From assembly GCA_963764625.1 (NCBI GenBank), contig CAVXTH010000007.1:192001-256000 (forward strand): a stretch of DNA of 64,000 nucleotides, written 5' to 3'. Below, piece by piece: positions 1 through 10,862 of this stretch. The stretch's first letter is position 1, and every line of letters starts with the position of its first letter. The notes beneath the pieces are model-generated. The model saw only the letters and a program-made list of their open reading frames with translations. It was not told where the DNA came from and searched no databases. The stretch is from Candidatus Krumholzibacteriota bacterium (GTDB lineage: Bacteria > Krumholzibacteriota > Krumholzibacteriia > JAJRXK01). The translations under genes were made by a program, and so were the position numbers.

Positions 1-177
1 GGCATCGCGTCGATCTACGCCTGCATGAACGAAGTGGACACGTCCCTGGACTGGCTGGAGAAGGCGTACGCGCAGCACGATCAGACCCTGGTGTGGATCA
101 AGGTGCACCCCCGCCTCGATCCGCTGCGGGGGCACCCTCGGTACGAAGCTCTTCTGAAGAAAATGTCTTTGGACTGA
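1..177 (+). CDS. 3' end of a TPR-containing protein (truncated by window edge)
   Basis: Frame 1 reads GIASIYACMNEVDTSLDWLEKAYAQHDQTLVWIKVHPRLDPLRGHPRYEALLKKMSLD-stop. The 'WLEKAY...LDPLR..PRY..LL' tail is typical of TolB-N/TPR kinases and cyclases. Confidence 0.7.
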   Translation, partial: GIASIYACMNEVDTSLDWLEKAYAQHDQTLVWIKVHPRLDPLRGHPRYEALLKKMSLD

Positions 178-208
178 CCCGCACTCAGTCGCTCCGCTGG
201 TGAGGCAC

Positions 209-1322
209 TTAGTCCCGCAGGTAGTGGCAGGTGTACCCTCCGGGATGCTTCACCAGATAATCCTGATGGTACTCCTCGGCGCGATAGAAAGCCGAAGCGG
301 GAACGATCTCGGTGGTGAGAGGACGCTTCCACTTTCCCGACGCGTCGACTTCGGCCTTCACCTTCTCCGCGATCTCACGCTGCTTCTCGCCGTGGTAGAA
401 GATCGCCGAACGGTACTGGGTGCCGATGTCATTCCCCTGGCGATTCTTGGTGGTGGGATCGTGCATGCGGAAGAAGTAGCTCAACAGCTCCTCGAAACTG
501 ATCTTCGAGGGGTCGAAAGTGATCTGAACCGATTCCGCGTGACCGGTCGTGCCGGTGTGAACGTCCTCGTAGGTGGGATTCTTGGTCGTGCCGCCCGTGT
601 AGCCCACCACGGTGTCCACGACGCCCGGGATCTTGCGGAGGATGTCTTCCATGCCCCAGAAACAACCCCCGGCCAGGGTGGCAATCTCGGTCTTCGGCTT
701 GGTCATGTCCTTGTTCTCCTCGGCGGACTGAAACAGAGCCAGGTAGCTTCCATATCCTTCGCTGGCCAGCTGATCCACCGGAATGAACCGGAGCGCGGCC
801 GAATTGATGCAGTAGCGTAGGCCATCGGGCCCCGGACCATCGGGAAAGACATGTCCCAGGTGGGAGTCGGCTGCCTTGGAACGCACCTCGACGCGCGACA
901 TCCCCAGACTCTTGTCCACGTCCTCAGTGACGGCCTGCGGATTCACCGGGTGAGTGAAGCTGGGCCATCCGCAACCGGAATCGTACTTGTCCAGGGAGGT
1001 AAAAAGGGGCTCTCCGGAAACGACGTCCACGTACAGCCCGGCCTTGTGGTTGTCCCAGAACTCATTCTGGAACGGTCTCTCGGTGGCTGCCTCTTGCGTC
1101 ACCTGGTACTGAAGCGGTTTCAGCTCTTTGCGCAGCTCGGCGTCGTCCGGCTTCTGGTAGTGCTTCCAGGAACCGGTGGAGTCCTCCTTTCGCCTCTGGA
1201 TGTTTCATCCTCTTGTCATGCGGTTCTTTCGCCATGGTCGAAGCGCTCCCCAAAAACGCGGTCAAAACGAGGGTGACCACGAAGATCATGATAGAAGGCA
1301 GGGCCTTGCTGCTTTGTCTCAC
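209..1322 (-). CDS. msrAB: Bifunctional peptide-methionine sulfoxide reductase MsrB-MsrA with N-terminal export signal (frameshift ~1200)
   Basis: MsrB motifs [20 protein letters not shown], then MsrA motifs [21 protein letters not shown] at 1322 follows AGGAGG and starts a hydrophobic leader in a different frame. Confidence 0.92.
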
Positions 1323-1422
1323 GGCATCCTCCTGAGAGAAATGACGCCGGGCTTCTCCGGCATCTGTCCCTAATACGGATAGGGGGTCCGATCGTGACCG
1401 CACTCTCCGTTTTCGTGCCGCC

Positions 1423-2550
1423 TCAGCTCAGCCGCTTTTGGAAGCGCTGAGCCGCCGAGCCAAAGACAAACAAACCCATGCCGGTGAGAACGGCCAGGTC
1501 TCGCCACAGATCGAGGAATCCGGCCCCTTTGAGGAAGATCCCGCGCACGATGTTCATGATGTAGCGGACCGGGTCGACGGCCGAGATCCACTGCGCCCAT
1601 TGTGGCATGTTCTCGACGGGGTAGAAGAAGCCGCTCATGAGGATGCCGAAAACCAGGAAGAACCAGACGGTGAGCATGGCCTGCTGTTGGGTTTGCGAAA
1701 CGGTCGAAGCCAAAAGACCCACGCCGAGGGTCACGAGCAGATAGGCCATTGCGGCCAACCCCAACAGGGGGATCGATCCCTCCAGAGGCAGGTGGAACCA
1801 GAGCAGGGCCACCGTCCCCGCGAAGCAGAACTCGAAGAATGACACCACCACGAAGGGAATCGTCTTGCCCGCCACCAGCTCGAAAGGACGCAGGGGACTG
1901 ACCAGCAATTGCTCGAGCGTCCCGATCTCCTTCTCGCGCACCACCGCCATTCCGGTCAGGAGCGAGGAGACGACCGTGATCAACAGGACCAAGATCCCCG
2001 GCACCATGAAGAAACGACTTTCCAGTTCAGGGTTGTAGAAAAAGCGCGTGATGCCTTCGACCCGAGCTGAAGCGCCGGTTCCCGCTTCCAAAGAGAAGCC
2101 TCTTTCACGCAGCATTCTCTCGGTCTCCCGCATCACGATGACTTGCGCATAGCCGCTGGCTCGACCCGCCACGCTGCTGTTCTGGCCGTCGACCGTTACG
2201 GCGACCTGTGGCGTTTTGCCTTCTGCGAGATCCTTCGCGAAGCCCTTGGGAATCCACAAGGTCACCCCGGCGCTCTCCTCCGTCAGAAGCTCGCGCAGCT
2301 CGACGGGATCCTGCGCTCTGGGCCCCGGCACGAAGACATCCGACTGGAAGAAGGCATCGACCAGGCGGCGCGACTCTCGGCTCTGATCCTGGTCGAGAGT
2401 GGAGACCGAGACGTTATGCAGGTCCGTGTTCGCGGCATACGCAAACACGAAGAGCTGAATCAGAGGCATGATGAAGATGATTCGCAGCATGGCAGGATCG
2501 CGAAAGATCTGCCGAAACTCTTTCTGCACCAGGGTTCGTAGCGCGCGCAT
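1423..2550 (-). CDS. ABC-2 type exporter permease (YbhR/YbhS-like)
   Basis: KEFRQIFRD start, FFYNPELES, VVREKEIGTLEQLLVSP, multiple TM helices. Confidence 0.92.
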   Translation of the reverse strand: MRALRTLVQKEFRQIFRDPAMLRIIFIMPLIQLFVFAYAANTDLHNVSVSTLDQDQSRESRRLVDAFFQSDVFVPGPRAQDPVELRELLTEESAGVTLWIPKGFAKDLAEGKTPQVAVTVDGQNSSVAGRASGYAQVIVMRETERMLRERGFSLEAGTGASARVEGITRFFYNPELESRFFMVPGILVLLITVVSSLLTGMAVVREKEIGTLEQLLVSPLRPFELVAGKTIPFVVVSFFEFCFAGTVALLWFHLPLEGSIPLLGLAAMAYLLVTLGVGLLASTVSQTQQQAMLTVWFFLVFGILMSGFFYPVENMPQWAQWISAVDPVRYIMNIVRGIFLKGAGFLDLWRDLAVLTGMGLFVFGSAAQRFQKRLS

Positions 2551-2554
2551 TGCA

Positions 2555-3675
2555 TTACTCCAAGGTGGCGCGGAAACGGCGCGTGGCCGCTCCGGTGAAA
2601 GACCAGCAAGAGAACGAGCATCACCGCCAGGTCGCGTCCGAACCAGTATTCACCCTTCAGGAGAATTCCGTGCACGATGCGGATGTAGTGCGTGGCGGGA
2701 ATGAGCTCGCCCACCAGACGCAAGGGCAGCGGCATGCCCCGCAATTCGAAAATGAAGCCCGAGAGGATGAGGCTCGGAAGATAGGTTGCGACGAGCGCGA
2801 CCATCATCGCGGTTCGCTGCGATCCGGCGAGAGCCGAGATCAGGAGTCCGAGGGAGAGCGCGATCAAGATGTAGACGAGACTGTAGGCGGCCAGCACCCA
2901 CCACGAGCCCTCCATCGGGAACGCCGAAGACGAACCGGCCGACGCCCAATACCAGGGCCGCGTCGATCGCGCCCAGTCCCACGTAGGGCAGCAGTTTTCC
3001 CACGATGACCTGCAGCGGTGTCACCGGCGTGGTCAGCACCTGCTCGAGGGTTCCCGTCTCTTTCTCACGCGCCAGGGCGATGCTGGTCAAGAGGGCGCAG
3101 ATCATCATGAGGATGACCGCCACCAGTCCCGGCACCACGAAGTAGGCGCTCACGAGCTCGGGATTGAAATCGATACGCAGGCGAGGATCGACGGGAACGA
3201 CCGAAGCTCCCACGGCTGCGCCCGGGCTAGTCCCGGCCAAAGCCCGGTTGAACCGCTGCAAGACCGAGTTCAGGTAATTGTCGACGGTCGCGGCCGTCGT
3301 GCCGTCCGCGCCGTCGATCAGGATCTGCACCGTTGACGACGCGTCCTCGTGTAGGCGACGCGCGAAGTGACGGGGAATGACCACGGCCGCGCGGAAGCGG
3401 CTGGAACGAAAGCCCGGTTCGATCTCCCCGCGTCCGTTCAGCCGGGCTACGTCCACGATGAACCCGCTGGAAGTCATGTCCAGAATCAGCTTGCGGCTGG
3501 CGGGACTGTGATCCTCATCAAGAAACGCGACGGGCAGGTGTTTGAGCTCCATGTCGATGGCGAAACCGAAGACGAGCACCATTGCCAGGGGCATGAGAAT
3601 GGCGACCCCGAGGCTGCGCCGGTCGCGCAAGATGTGATAGACCTCTTTGCGGGCCATGGCCAAGACACGGTTCAT
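2555..3675 (-). CDS. ABC-2 type exporter permease (frameshifts ~2915 and ~2600)
   Basis: RKEVYHILRD, FNPEL, AREKETGTLEQ. C-terminal TM helices continue in ORF 2460..2915; natural end ...RRFRATLE-stop at 2555. Confidence 0.85.
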
Positions 3676-4404
3676 GATCCAACCAACTCCAGAAAGACAT
3701 CCTGCATGGTCGCGGCGCCGGTACGCTCTTTCAGTTTTTGTGGGCTGTCGAGGGCTTCGATTTTTCCTTTTACCATGATCGAGACACGGCCGCAGTATTC
3801 GGCTTCATCCATGTAGTGGGTGGTGACGAAGACCGTCGTGCCCCCGTCGGCCAACTCGTAGATGAGATCCCAGAACTGTCGGCGCGCCACCGGATCAACC
3901 CCGCCGGTGGGTTCATCGAGAAACACGATGCTCGGCTCGTGCAGGACCGCGCATCCGAGGGCCAGGCGCTGTTTGAAACCCAGGGGGAGAGACCCGGTCA
4001 TCCGCGTCCGCATGTTCTTCAGGCCCAAACGCTCGACGAGTTCACCGGCTCGCTCACGCAATCTCGTGGGGTCCATGTCCATAGATACCGCCGTAGAATT
4101 CGAGGTTTTCGTGGACGCGAAGATCGTCGTACAGACTGAAGCGCTGGCTCATGTAGCCGATCTTGCGCTTGATCTTTTCTCCCTGGTCGTTCACCGACAG
4201 TCCGCCGACCCAGGCTTCGCCTCCGCTGGGGGCCAGAAGTCCACAGAACATGCGAATCGCGGTGGTCTTTCCCGCTCCGTTGGCGCCCAGAAAGCCGAAG
4301 ATCTCACCGGGCTCGACCGCCAGGGAAATGCCGTCGACGGCGGTGAAGTCACCGAAGCGCCGGGTGAGTCCGTCGGCATAGACCGCGTATTCGTCGTGGG
4401 TCAT
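3672..4404 (-). CDS. ABC exporter ATP-binding protein (frameshift ~4080)
   Basis: Walker A GANGAGKTT in ORF 4054..4404; LPLGFKQR signature and FLDEPT Walker B in ORF 3672..4082. Confidence 0.9.
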
Positions 4405-5351
4405 GCTGCCACCTCCTGCCTCGAAACCGTGAGTTCGACGAAGACGTCCTCGATGGAGGGTCGAGCGGGTTCGAGCGTTACCTTGAGTCCGGCGACGCGG
4501 GCGCGGATGGCTTCCAGCTGTCGCGCCTCGTCGTAGACCACGTGCAGGCGGTCACCGAAACGGTGCACGGCGAGATGATCGAATCCCAGAAGAGCTTCCC
4601 GCGCTTCCTTCAGAGCTTCGCCCGTCACCTCGAGCAACTTGCGGGGAAAGGCCTCGGGAATCCGATCCGGAGTGTCCTGCACGAGAACGTGACCGCGGTG
4701 GAGCAAAACGACGCGGTCGCAGAGGTCGGCTTCGTCCATGTAGGGCGTGCTGACCAGCAGGGCGAGGCCCTCGCCCGCCAGCTCGCGCAGGATGCGCCAG
4801 AATTCGCGGCGGCTGACCGGGTCGACTCCCGTGGTGGGTTCGTCCAGTACCAGAACCTCAGGCGTGTGAATGAGGGTACAGCTGAGGGCCAACTTCTGCT
4901 TCATACCTCCCGAAAGCTTTCCGGCGCGACGGGAGCGGAAACCGCCCAATTGGCTGAACTCCATGAGGCGTGCTTCCCGGTCCTTCCGTGCCTGCCCCTT
5001 CACGCCGAACATGTCGGCGAAGAAGCGCAGGTTTTCCGCCACACTGAGGTCGGGATACAGACTGAAGCGCTGCGGCATGTAGCCGAGGTGGTGTTTGAGT
5101 TCGCGAGCCTGGCGCTGACTGTCGAAATTCAAGACTCGAGTGGTCCCTTCATCGGGGTGAAGCAAACCGCAGACGATGCGCATCGAAGTGGTCTTGCCGG
5201 CGCCGTCCGGTCCGATGAGTCCCACGATTTCTCCACGGTTGACACGAAGGGTGAGACCGTCGACCGCGAGCGTTTCACCGTAGCTCTTGCGAAGACCCTC
5301 GATGGTAATCGCCGGGTTGGTGTCGTGGTGCGGGAGCTGAGCGGCGTGCAT
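4401..5351 (-). CDS. ABC exporter ATP-binding protein
   Basis: GPDGAGKTT, LSGGMKQK, VLDEPTTGVD; likely start ATG 5351. Confidence 0.92.
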   Translation of the reverse strand: MHAAQLPHHDTNPAITIEGLRKSYGETLAVDGLTLRVNRGEIVGLIGPDGAGKTTSMRIVCGLLHPDEGTTRVLNFDSQRQARELKHHLGYMPQRFSLYPDLSVAENLRFFADMFGVKGQARKDREARLMEFSQLGGFRSRRAGKLSGGMKQKLALSCTLIHTPEVLVLDEPTTGVDPVSRREFWRILRELAGEGLALLVSTPYMDEADLCDRVVLLHRGHVLVQDTPDRIPEAFPRKLLEVTGEALKEAREALLGFDHLAVHRFGDRLHVVYDEARQLEAIRARVAGLKVTLEPARPSIEDVFVELTVSRQEVAA

Positions 5352-5359
5352 GGGAATCC

Positions 5360-6358
5360 TCAGTCCTTTTGGGATGAATCGAGACGCACGGCGGCGGGCA
5401 TTCCGATGTGCAAGCGCCCGTCGGGATTCTCGACCGTCAGTTTCACGGCATACACGAGTTGAGCTCGTGCTTTGGCGGTCTGCGCGTTCTTGGGAGTGAA
5501 CTCGGCCTGAGAGCTGATCCAACTGACGGTTCCGCGCAACTCCTTTTGCCCGAGCGCATCCACCAGGACGGGCAGGGTCTCTCCGAGCTTGACCCGGTCC
5601 AGCTCGGGCTCTTCCAGGAAAACGCGCAACTCGAGTTGACTCAGGTTGGCCATCCTAAGGGCCAGAGCGCCGGTTCGTCCAAGTTCTCCGGGCTCGGCCA
5701 CGCGCAACAGAATGGTGCCGTCGATGGGAGCGAGGATGATGCCATCGGCGATCTGTCGATCGATCACTGCGAGGGCCGCCTGAAGCTCTTCACGCTGCGC
5801 GTTCAACTGGGCCACTCGATCCCGCGCGCCCTCGACCTGACTCGCCGCGACATCGTGTTGCGCATTGAGGTCATCCACCTGTTGTTGGGTGACAGACCCC
5901 TGTTCATGCAAAGTATTGCTGCGTTTCAGAGTAGTGATGGCCAGTTCCAGCTTACGCTGGCTTTGGCGCAAGACCTGTTCTACTTCGCGCGTTTGCGCCG
6001 CCAGCACCTCGCGTTGCGCAGCAGTTTGCGCGCGCCGCTTGTGCAAGAGATCGGTATCGAGCACGAGAAGGGTATCGCCGGCCGCCACGGTGTCACCCTC
6101 GTCGGCCCGGACCTGTAGCACCTTGGCAGTGAGCTGGGGAGACAGATCCACTTCGGTGGCCTCGAGCGTGCCGGAGGGATTGGCCAACTTCCCGCCGTTT
6201 CCGCAGGCTGCCAGAGTGGCGCAGACGCACACACTGGCGAGTGCCGTCATCATCGCGCGGAGCGATCGACGTGGCGCGAGAGCGAGGAGCTTGGGGAGAG
6301 TCTGCATCATCATCGTTCCTTCCTGGGGTGAAATCCGGGAATTGGAGGTGGAGTTCAT
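5360..6358 (-). CDS. HlyD-family periplasmic adaptor (YbhG-like)
   Basis: Lipobox-like LAAC, lipoyl half-motifs, coiled coil, AEFTPKNAQT...LVYAVKL...GMPA. Confidence 0.9.
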   Translation of the reverse strand: MNSTSNSRISPQEGTMMMQTLPKLLALAPRRSLRAMMTALASVCVCATLAACGNGGKLANPSGTLEATEVDLSPQLTAKVLQVRADEGDTVAAGDTLLVLDTDLLHKRRAQTAAQREVLAAQTREVEQVLRQSQRKLELAITTLKRSNTLHEQGSVTQQQVDDLNAQHDVAASQVEGARDRVAQLNAQREELQAALAVIDRQIADGIILAPIDGTILLRVAEPGELGRTGALALRMANLSQLELRVFLEEPELDRVKLGETLPVLVDALGQKELRGTVSWISSQAEFTPKNAQTAKARAQLVYAVKLTVENPDGRLHIGMPAAVRLDSSQKD

Positions 6359-7692
6359 TGGGCCACCGCATAGAGGAGATTCACTTCCGCGAGCCGCAAG
6401 CGAGACCTCTGCGCCGCGACCGCGATCTCCGCGTCGGAGAGATCGTCCTGGGCATCCAGGAATTCGGTTTCGGTACCCATGCCTTGGCGGTATCGCCCCT
6501 GGACCAGTTCGAGCCGCTGCCGCTCCAGCTCGGCGCGTTGCAGAGCTTTGGTGATCTGCTCCCGCTGCGCGCTCACCTGGGCTTGCGAGATTTTCAGGGC
6601 GCTGGTCAGCTCCCGTTCGAGCTCATCGTGCGAGTGAGCGAGGGCTCGCGCCGTCGCCGCGTGCTGCTCGACCCGCGCCGAACGGCCCCCGGCGTCGAAC
6701 AGGGTCCATTGCAGTCGCAGTCCCACCGCGGCCCAGTCCATCCACTCGTTGTCGATGACACGGACCCCGGGTCGCGCGTAGTGAAACTGCGCGCTCGCGC
6801 TGAGCGAGGGGAGTAGACTCCCCTTCGCGGCACGGCTCTGCTCTTGATTGGCGTGCCGACGCAAACTCAAGGCGTGCAGCTCGGGTCTTTTGCTCACCGA
6901 TGCCAGGCTGTCGGTTTCCTCTTGTGCCGAAAGGAGACTGCTCTCGAGCCGGCCTTGGGGTACCACTTCGCGATCTGGAAATCCGAGTGCGCGTCCCAGT
7001 TGCAGACGACGCATCGAGCGCTGTTCTTGCGCGCCCAGGAGGCGCAGTTCCGCGCCGCTCAGACGCGACTCTGCCTGGAGTCGGGTCTCTGTCGAGGCAG
7101 CACCGGCTTTGACCTGCTGTTGTAGATCCTCCAGGTGACGGCGCAGCCGCTTCACCGCCAGGGTCGCGGCGTCGACCTCAGCCTGTGCTCCGAGCGCCTG
7201 GTAAAAACTGCTTCGCACCTGCTGGATCACACGGAGACTGTCGGCCGCGAAATCGAAACCGCTTGCCTTTGCGGCGGCGCTCTGCGCGCGCTCGCTGGCC
7301 GAGAGGCTTCCCCCGGTGTAGAGCGGAAGCTGGAGATCGGCCATGAGCCCGTAGCTCTCGTTGTCGCCGAAGCGAATGGTGCGCGAGATGGGAGCGGGCA
7401 GATCGAACTGATTCACCTCGCTCTGGTAGTTGGCTTCGGCGCCCACCGAAAGAGTGGGCCAGCGCCGCGCCCCAGCTTCCTCGGCCCTCGCCAGCGCGGC
7501 GCGCTGGCTTTCGCCGGAAGCTTGCAGCCGCGAGGAGTTCATCAGTGCGGTATGGATGCAATGATCGAGGTCGAAGGTCGATGTCGGCTCCTCGGCGTAC
7601 ACTCTAGTGGCGCCCAGCAGGATCAGCCCCAGGCCGAGGCTAAACAACAGGCCCGGGGTCACGAGGCGGCGGCAGGTCGGGGCAAACTTCAT
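6355..7692 (-). CDS. TolC-family outer membrane efflux protein
   Basis: Signal peptide, LPLYTGG and WTLFDAG repeats, RYRQG..TETEFLDAQ; ATGA overlap with the tetR stop. Confidence 0.9.
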   Translation of the reverse strand: MKFAPTCRRLVTPGLLFSLGLGLILLGATRVYAEEPTSTFDLDHCIHTALMNSSRLQASGESQRAALARAEEAGARRWPTLSVGAEANYQSEVNQFDLPAPISRTIRFGDNESYGLMADLQLPLYTGGSLSASERAQSAAAKASGFDFAADSLRVIQQVRSSFYQALGAQAEVDAATLAVKRLRRHLEDLQQQVKAGAASTETRLQAESRLSGAELRLLGAQEQRSMRRLQLGRALGFPDREVVPQGRLESSLLSAQEETDSLASVSKRPELHALSLRRHANQEQSRAAKGSLLPSLSASAQFHYARPGVRVIDNEWMDWAAVGLRLQWTLFDAGGRSARVEQHAATARALAHSHDELERELTSALKISQAQVSAQREQITKALQRAELERQRLELVQGRYRQGMGTETEFLDAQDDLSDAEIAVAAQRSRLRLAEVNLLYAVAQ

Positions 7693-8402
7693 GACTCGGA
7701 CTCCTTTGAAGTACGAGGGAGAAGGGCGCGCCGGAGCAGCTCGCGCTGGCCGTTCAGGATCCGTTCCCAACTCTCTTCATCGAGCTTGGGAGCATCGAAG
7801 ATCACGCGCACGATAGGTTCGAGAAAGAGGGGACCGTAGGCGCTCATGAGAAGCAGATTGGCAATGGCACGCGGTTCGCTCGGCGCGATCTGCCCTTGTT
7901 CTTGCGCTTGTGCGATCGCGTCGAAGAGTACCTGGCGAAAGCCCTTGGGACCGGTCTTGCCGAGCTCACTCACGACGGCGAGCGCGTGAGGAGCCCCTTG
8001 CCCCATCTCGTGACGGATGATGGCCAAGCGCACCGGGTCATCCCGAAAGGAGCCGTTGATGCGCCGCACCAAGTTGAGGAGACGATCGAGTGGAACGGCA
8101 TTCTCGTCGGTGAGGGCTCCGGCGATGCTCGAGAAGACCTGCAGCATCTCGCCGGCCAGAACCCGCCGGTAGAGTTGCACCTTCGACCCGAAGTAGTAGT
8201 GGACCATGGCCAGATTGACCGAGGCGCGTTCGGCGATGGCGCGCGTCGTCGTGGCGTCGATCCCCGATTTGGCGAAGGCCTCCCGGGCGGCGGCCAGAAT
8301 CCGTCCGCGCGGGCTGTCCGGCTCGGGCGGCTGCAGTTCACGGGGGATCGCCTCGCGCCAGCGTTGGGCTGGGTTGGGTTGGGGATCCTTGGGAGAATTC
8401 AT
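7689..8402 (-). CDS. TetR/AcrR-family transcriptional regulator
   Basis: HTH RILAAAREAFAKSGIDATTTRAIAERASVNLAMVHYYFGSK; first gene of the efflux operon. Confidence 0.92.
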   Translation of the reverse strand: MNSPKDPQPNPAQRWREAIPRELQPPEPDSPRGRILAAAREAFAKSGIDATTTRAIAERASVNLAMVHYYFGSKVQLYRRVLAGEMLQVFSSIAGALTDENAVPLDRLLNLVRRINGSFRDDPVRLAIIRHEMGQGAPHALAVVSELGKTGPKGFRQVLFDAIAQAQEQGQIAPSEPRAIANLLLMSAYGPLFLEPIVRVIFDAPKLDEESWERILNGQRELLRRALLPRTSKESES

Positions 8403-8424
8403 GGCTTCCCTTTCATAGGAAGAA

Positions 8425-8455
8425 TTAATCAAGTGATTAAGTCAGACGATTGACT
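8425..8455. promoter_or_regulatory. Putative TetR operator, tandem palindromes
   Basis: Perfect TTAATCA-AG-TGATTAA (8425-8440) plus an overlapping degenerate copy TAAGTCA-GA-CGATTGA (8438-8453), just upstream of the tetR start. Confidence 0.7.
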
Positions 8456-8562
8456 CTGGCAAGGGCGGAAGCCAAATAAATCTTCACCCGGACCACGACG
8501 CGGCGCTCCGTACGGTGCTATTGTGCTGCGATCTCACGACTTCGAGGGGAACCCTGGATCGC

Positions 8563-10846
8563 ATGCGGACCGATCAATCCATCCTTTTCAGCCTGCTTCT
8601 GGTGCTGGCGGTAGCCGGCCCGGCCCGGGCCGCGAGCCCCCGTTTCCTCCTGGAAGGCCGCGTCACCGACCTGGCGGGTACCGCGCTCAGCGGGGTCGAG
8701 ATCCTGGCGAGCGGATTCGATCTGCGGGCCATCACGGCCGGGGATGGAAGCTTTGCGCTCCGCGGCCTCCCCGCAGGCCGGGTGACTCTCATCGTGCGCC
8801 GGCTGGGCTACGCCTCGGTCACCCGGGATGTGGTAGTGCCCCGAAAGGAGCGGCTGGACCTGCAGTTGCGCGAGACCCCCTTCACCCTGCCGGTCTTCGA
8901 AGTCACCGCGTCGCGCGCGCCGCGTCCCCTGTTGGATTCCCCCTTGCCCACTTCGTTTCTCGACGCGCAGTCGTTGACCCGTGAGACGAGCATCTCGCTC
9001 GCGCACGCCTTGGAGACATTGCCCGGGGTTCGCACCGTCTCGACGGGAGCGCAGATCGGAAAGCCCATGGTGCGCGGGCTCAGTGGGGCACGGGTGCTCG
9101 TACTCTCCAATGGCCATCGGGTGGAGGACTACTCCTGGAGCGACGAGGATGGACCGTCGGTCGATCCAGCCTTGATCGAGCGGGTGGAAGTAATTCGCGG
9201 GCCCGCCGCGGTTCTGTACGGATCGGACGCGATCAGCGGCGTCGTGAATGCGATCAGTCCGCAGCTGCCGCGCTCAGAGGAAGGGGAGTCGTTCGTGCGC
9301 GGGAACGCCGGCGTTCACTTCTCATCCAATAGCCGTGAGGGTGGCGCGCGGCTGCGCCTGGAAGGCGCAAAGAGAAATCTAGGCTGGAGGGTCGCGGGTA
9401 CCGGCCGCTTCGCCGAAGCGCTTCACACGCCGGACGGTGAGTTGGAGAACACGGGTTTTGGTGCAGTGACGGGAGACGCCGCGGCCGTACTTCGCGGAGA
9501 GGACAAGGAACTCTCCCTGCAGCTCGCCCATTACGGCGGCGAGTTCAAACTCCTGGAGGCCGGGGGACCGCCGCCGGGTGTGACAGAAGTCGAGGAGGGG
9601 GGACCAGAGCGCAAGAGTTCGGATTGGCGCGTGCAACTCGACGGAAAACGGCGCTGGGACGCCTGGAACCTCGAGACGAAAGCGCAGTGGCAACGACACT
9701 CGCTCATCGAACTCTCCGACGAAGCGCTGGCGGATTCCACCATCCCATCGCCCTCGCCTGGCAATGGTACGACGAAAGAGCAGGAGGCCTTTCATCTCGT
9801 GCTCGATTCCTTCTCATTGGATGTGTTTGCGCGTCACCGGATCGGCCAGAAGATCAAGGGCACGGCCGGGGTGAGTACGCTCTTGCAGCAGAACGACACC
9901 CAGGGACCCATTCCCCTGGTTCCCGACGCAAGGGTAACCTCGGGGGGCGCGTTCGTGTTCGAGGAGGCACGCCTGGGACGGTGGAGCTTGCTCGGGGGGG
10001 CGCGGTCCGACCTGCGATCGCTCTCGGCCGATGCGAATTCCGATCTTGGCCTCAGCTTCCGACGACAAACGCGACTGGACCGCCTTCTCCGGCGATGCCG
10101 GAGTCGTGTTCCGTCCGATGAAGAACCTGGCGCTCTCGATGAATGCGGGCCTCGCATGGCGCGCACCCACTCTGTTCGAACTCTACGCGAACGGACCGCA
10201 GATCGCGGAGGCGCGGTACCTGCGCGGCCGCGCCGATCTGAAGGCCGAGCACGCGTTCGATCTGGACGCGGGCATTCGCTACGGGAGTCCGGGGCTTCGA
10301 GCCGAGCTGTCGGTCTACCGCAATCGGATCGACGACTACGTGGCACTGTCCCCCACCTCGCAGATGATCGACGCCCTGCGCGTGTGGGAATACGGACGAA
10401 CCGATGCCATTCTCCGCGGAATGGAGGCGGGACTCTCGGGCCCGATCGGCGGACCGTTCCGGCTCTCGGGGCGGGTCGATTTGGTGCGTGGTGAAGAGAG
10501 CGTGAGCGGCGATCCCCTGCCCTTGATTCCGCCGGTGCGCGGCGTGTTTGGTGCAGAAGCGGCCTGGCGCAAGCTGTCCTGGGCCGAGCGCTTCCGGCTG
10601 GGGGTGGAGTTCGAAACGGTGGGAGAGAAGCATTGCTTGGCGGCCGACGAAATTCCCACCGCGGGCTACGTGCTGGTGGGATTTTCGGCCGAGGTGGATC
10701 GGGTGTTCCTGGAAAGAGAGTGGGATATCTCCCTGCGCGTGCGTAACGCTGCCAACAAGCGCTACCGCGACTTCCTGAGTCGCTACAAGGAGTTTGCCGA
10801 CAATCCCGGCCGGGATGTGACAGTGCGGGTCGGGACGGCCTTCTAG
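8563..10846 (+). CDS. TonB-dependent outer membrane receptor (frameshift ~10055)
   Basis: Signal peptide, carboxypeptidase-regulatory-like N domain, plug IERVEVIRGPAAVLYGSDAISGVVN, RAPTLFELY, C-terminal NPGRDVTVRVGTAF ending in Phe. Confidence 0.9.
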
Positions 10847-10862
10847 CTTCAGCCTCTGAGTT

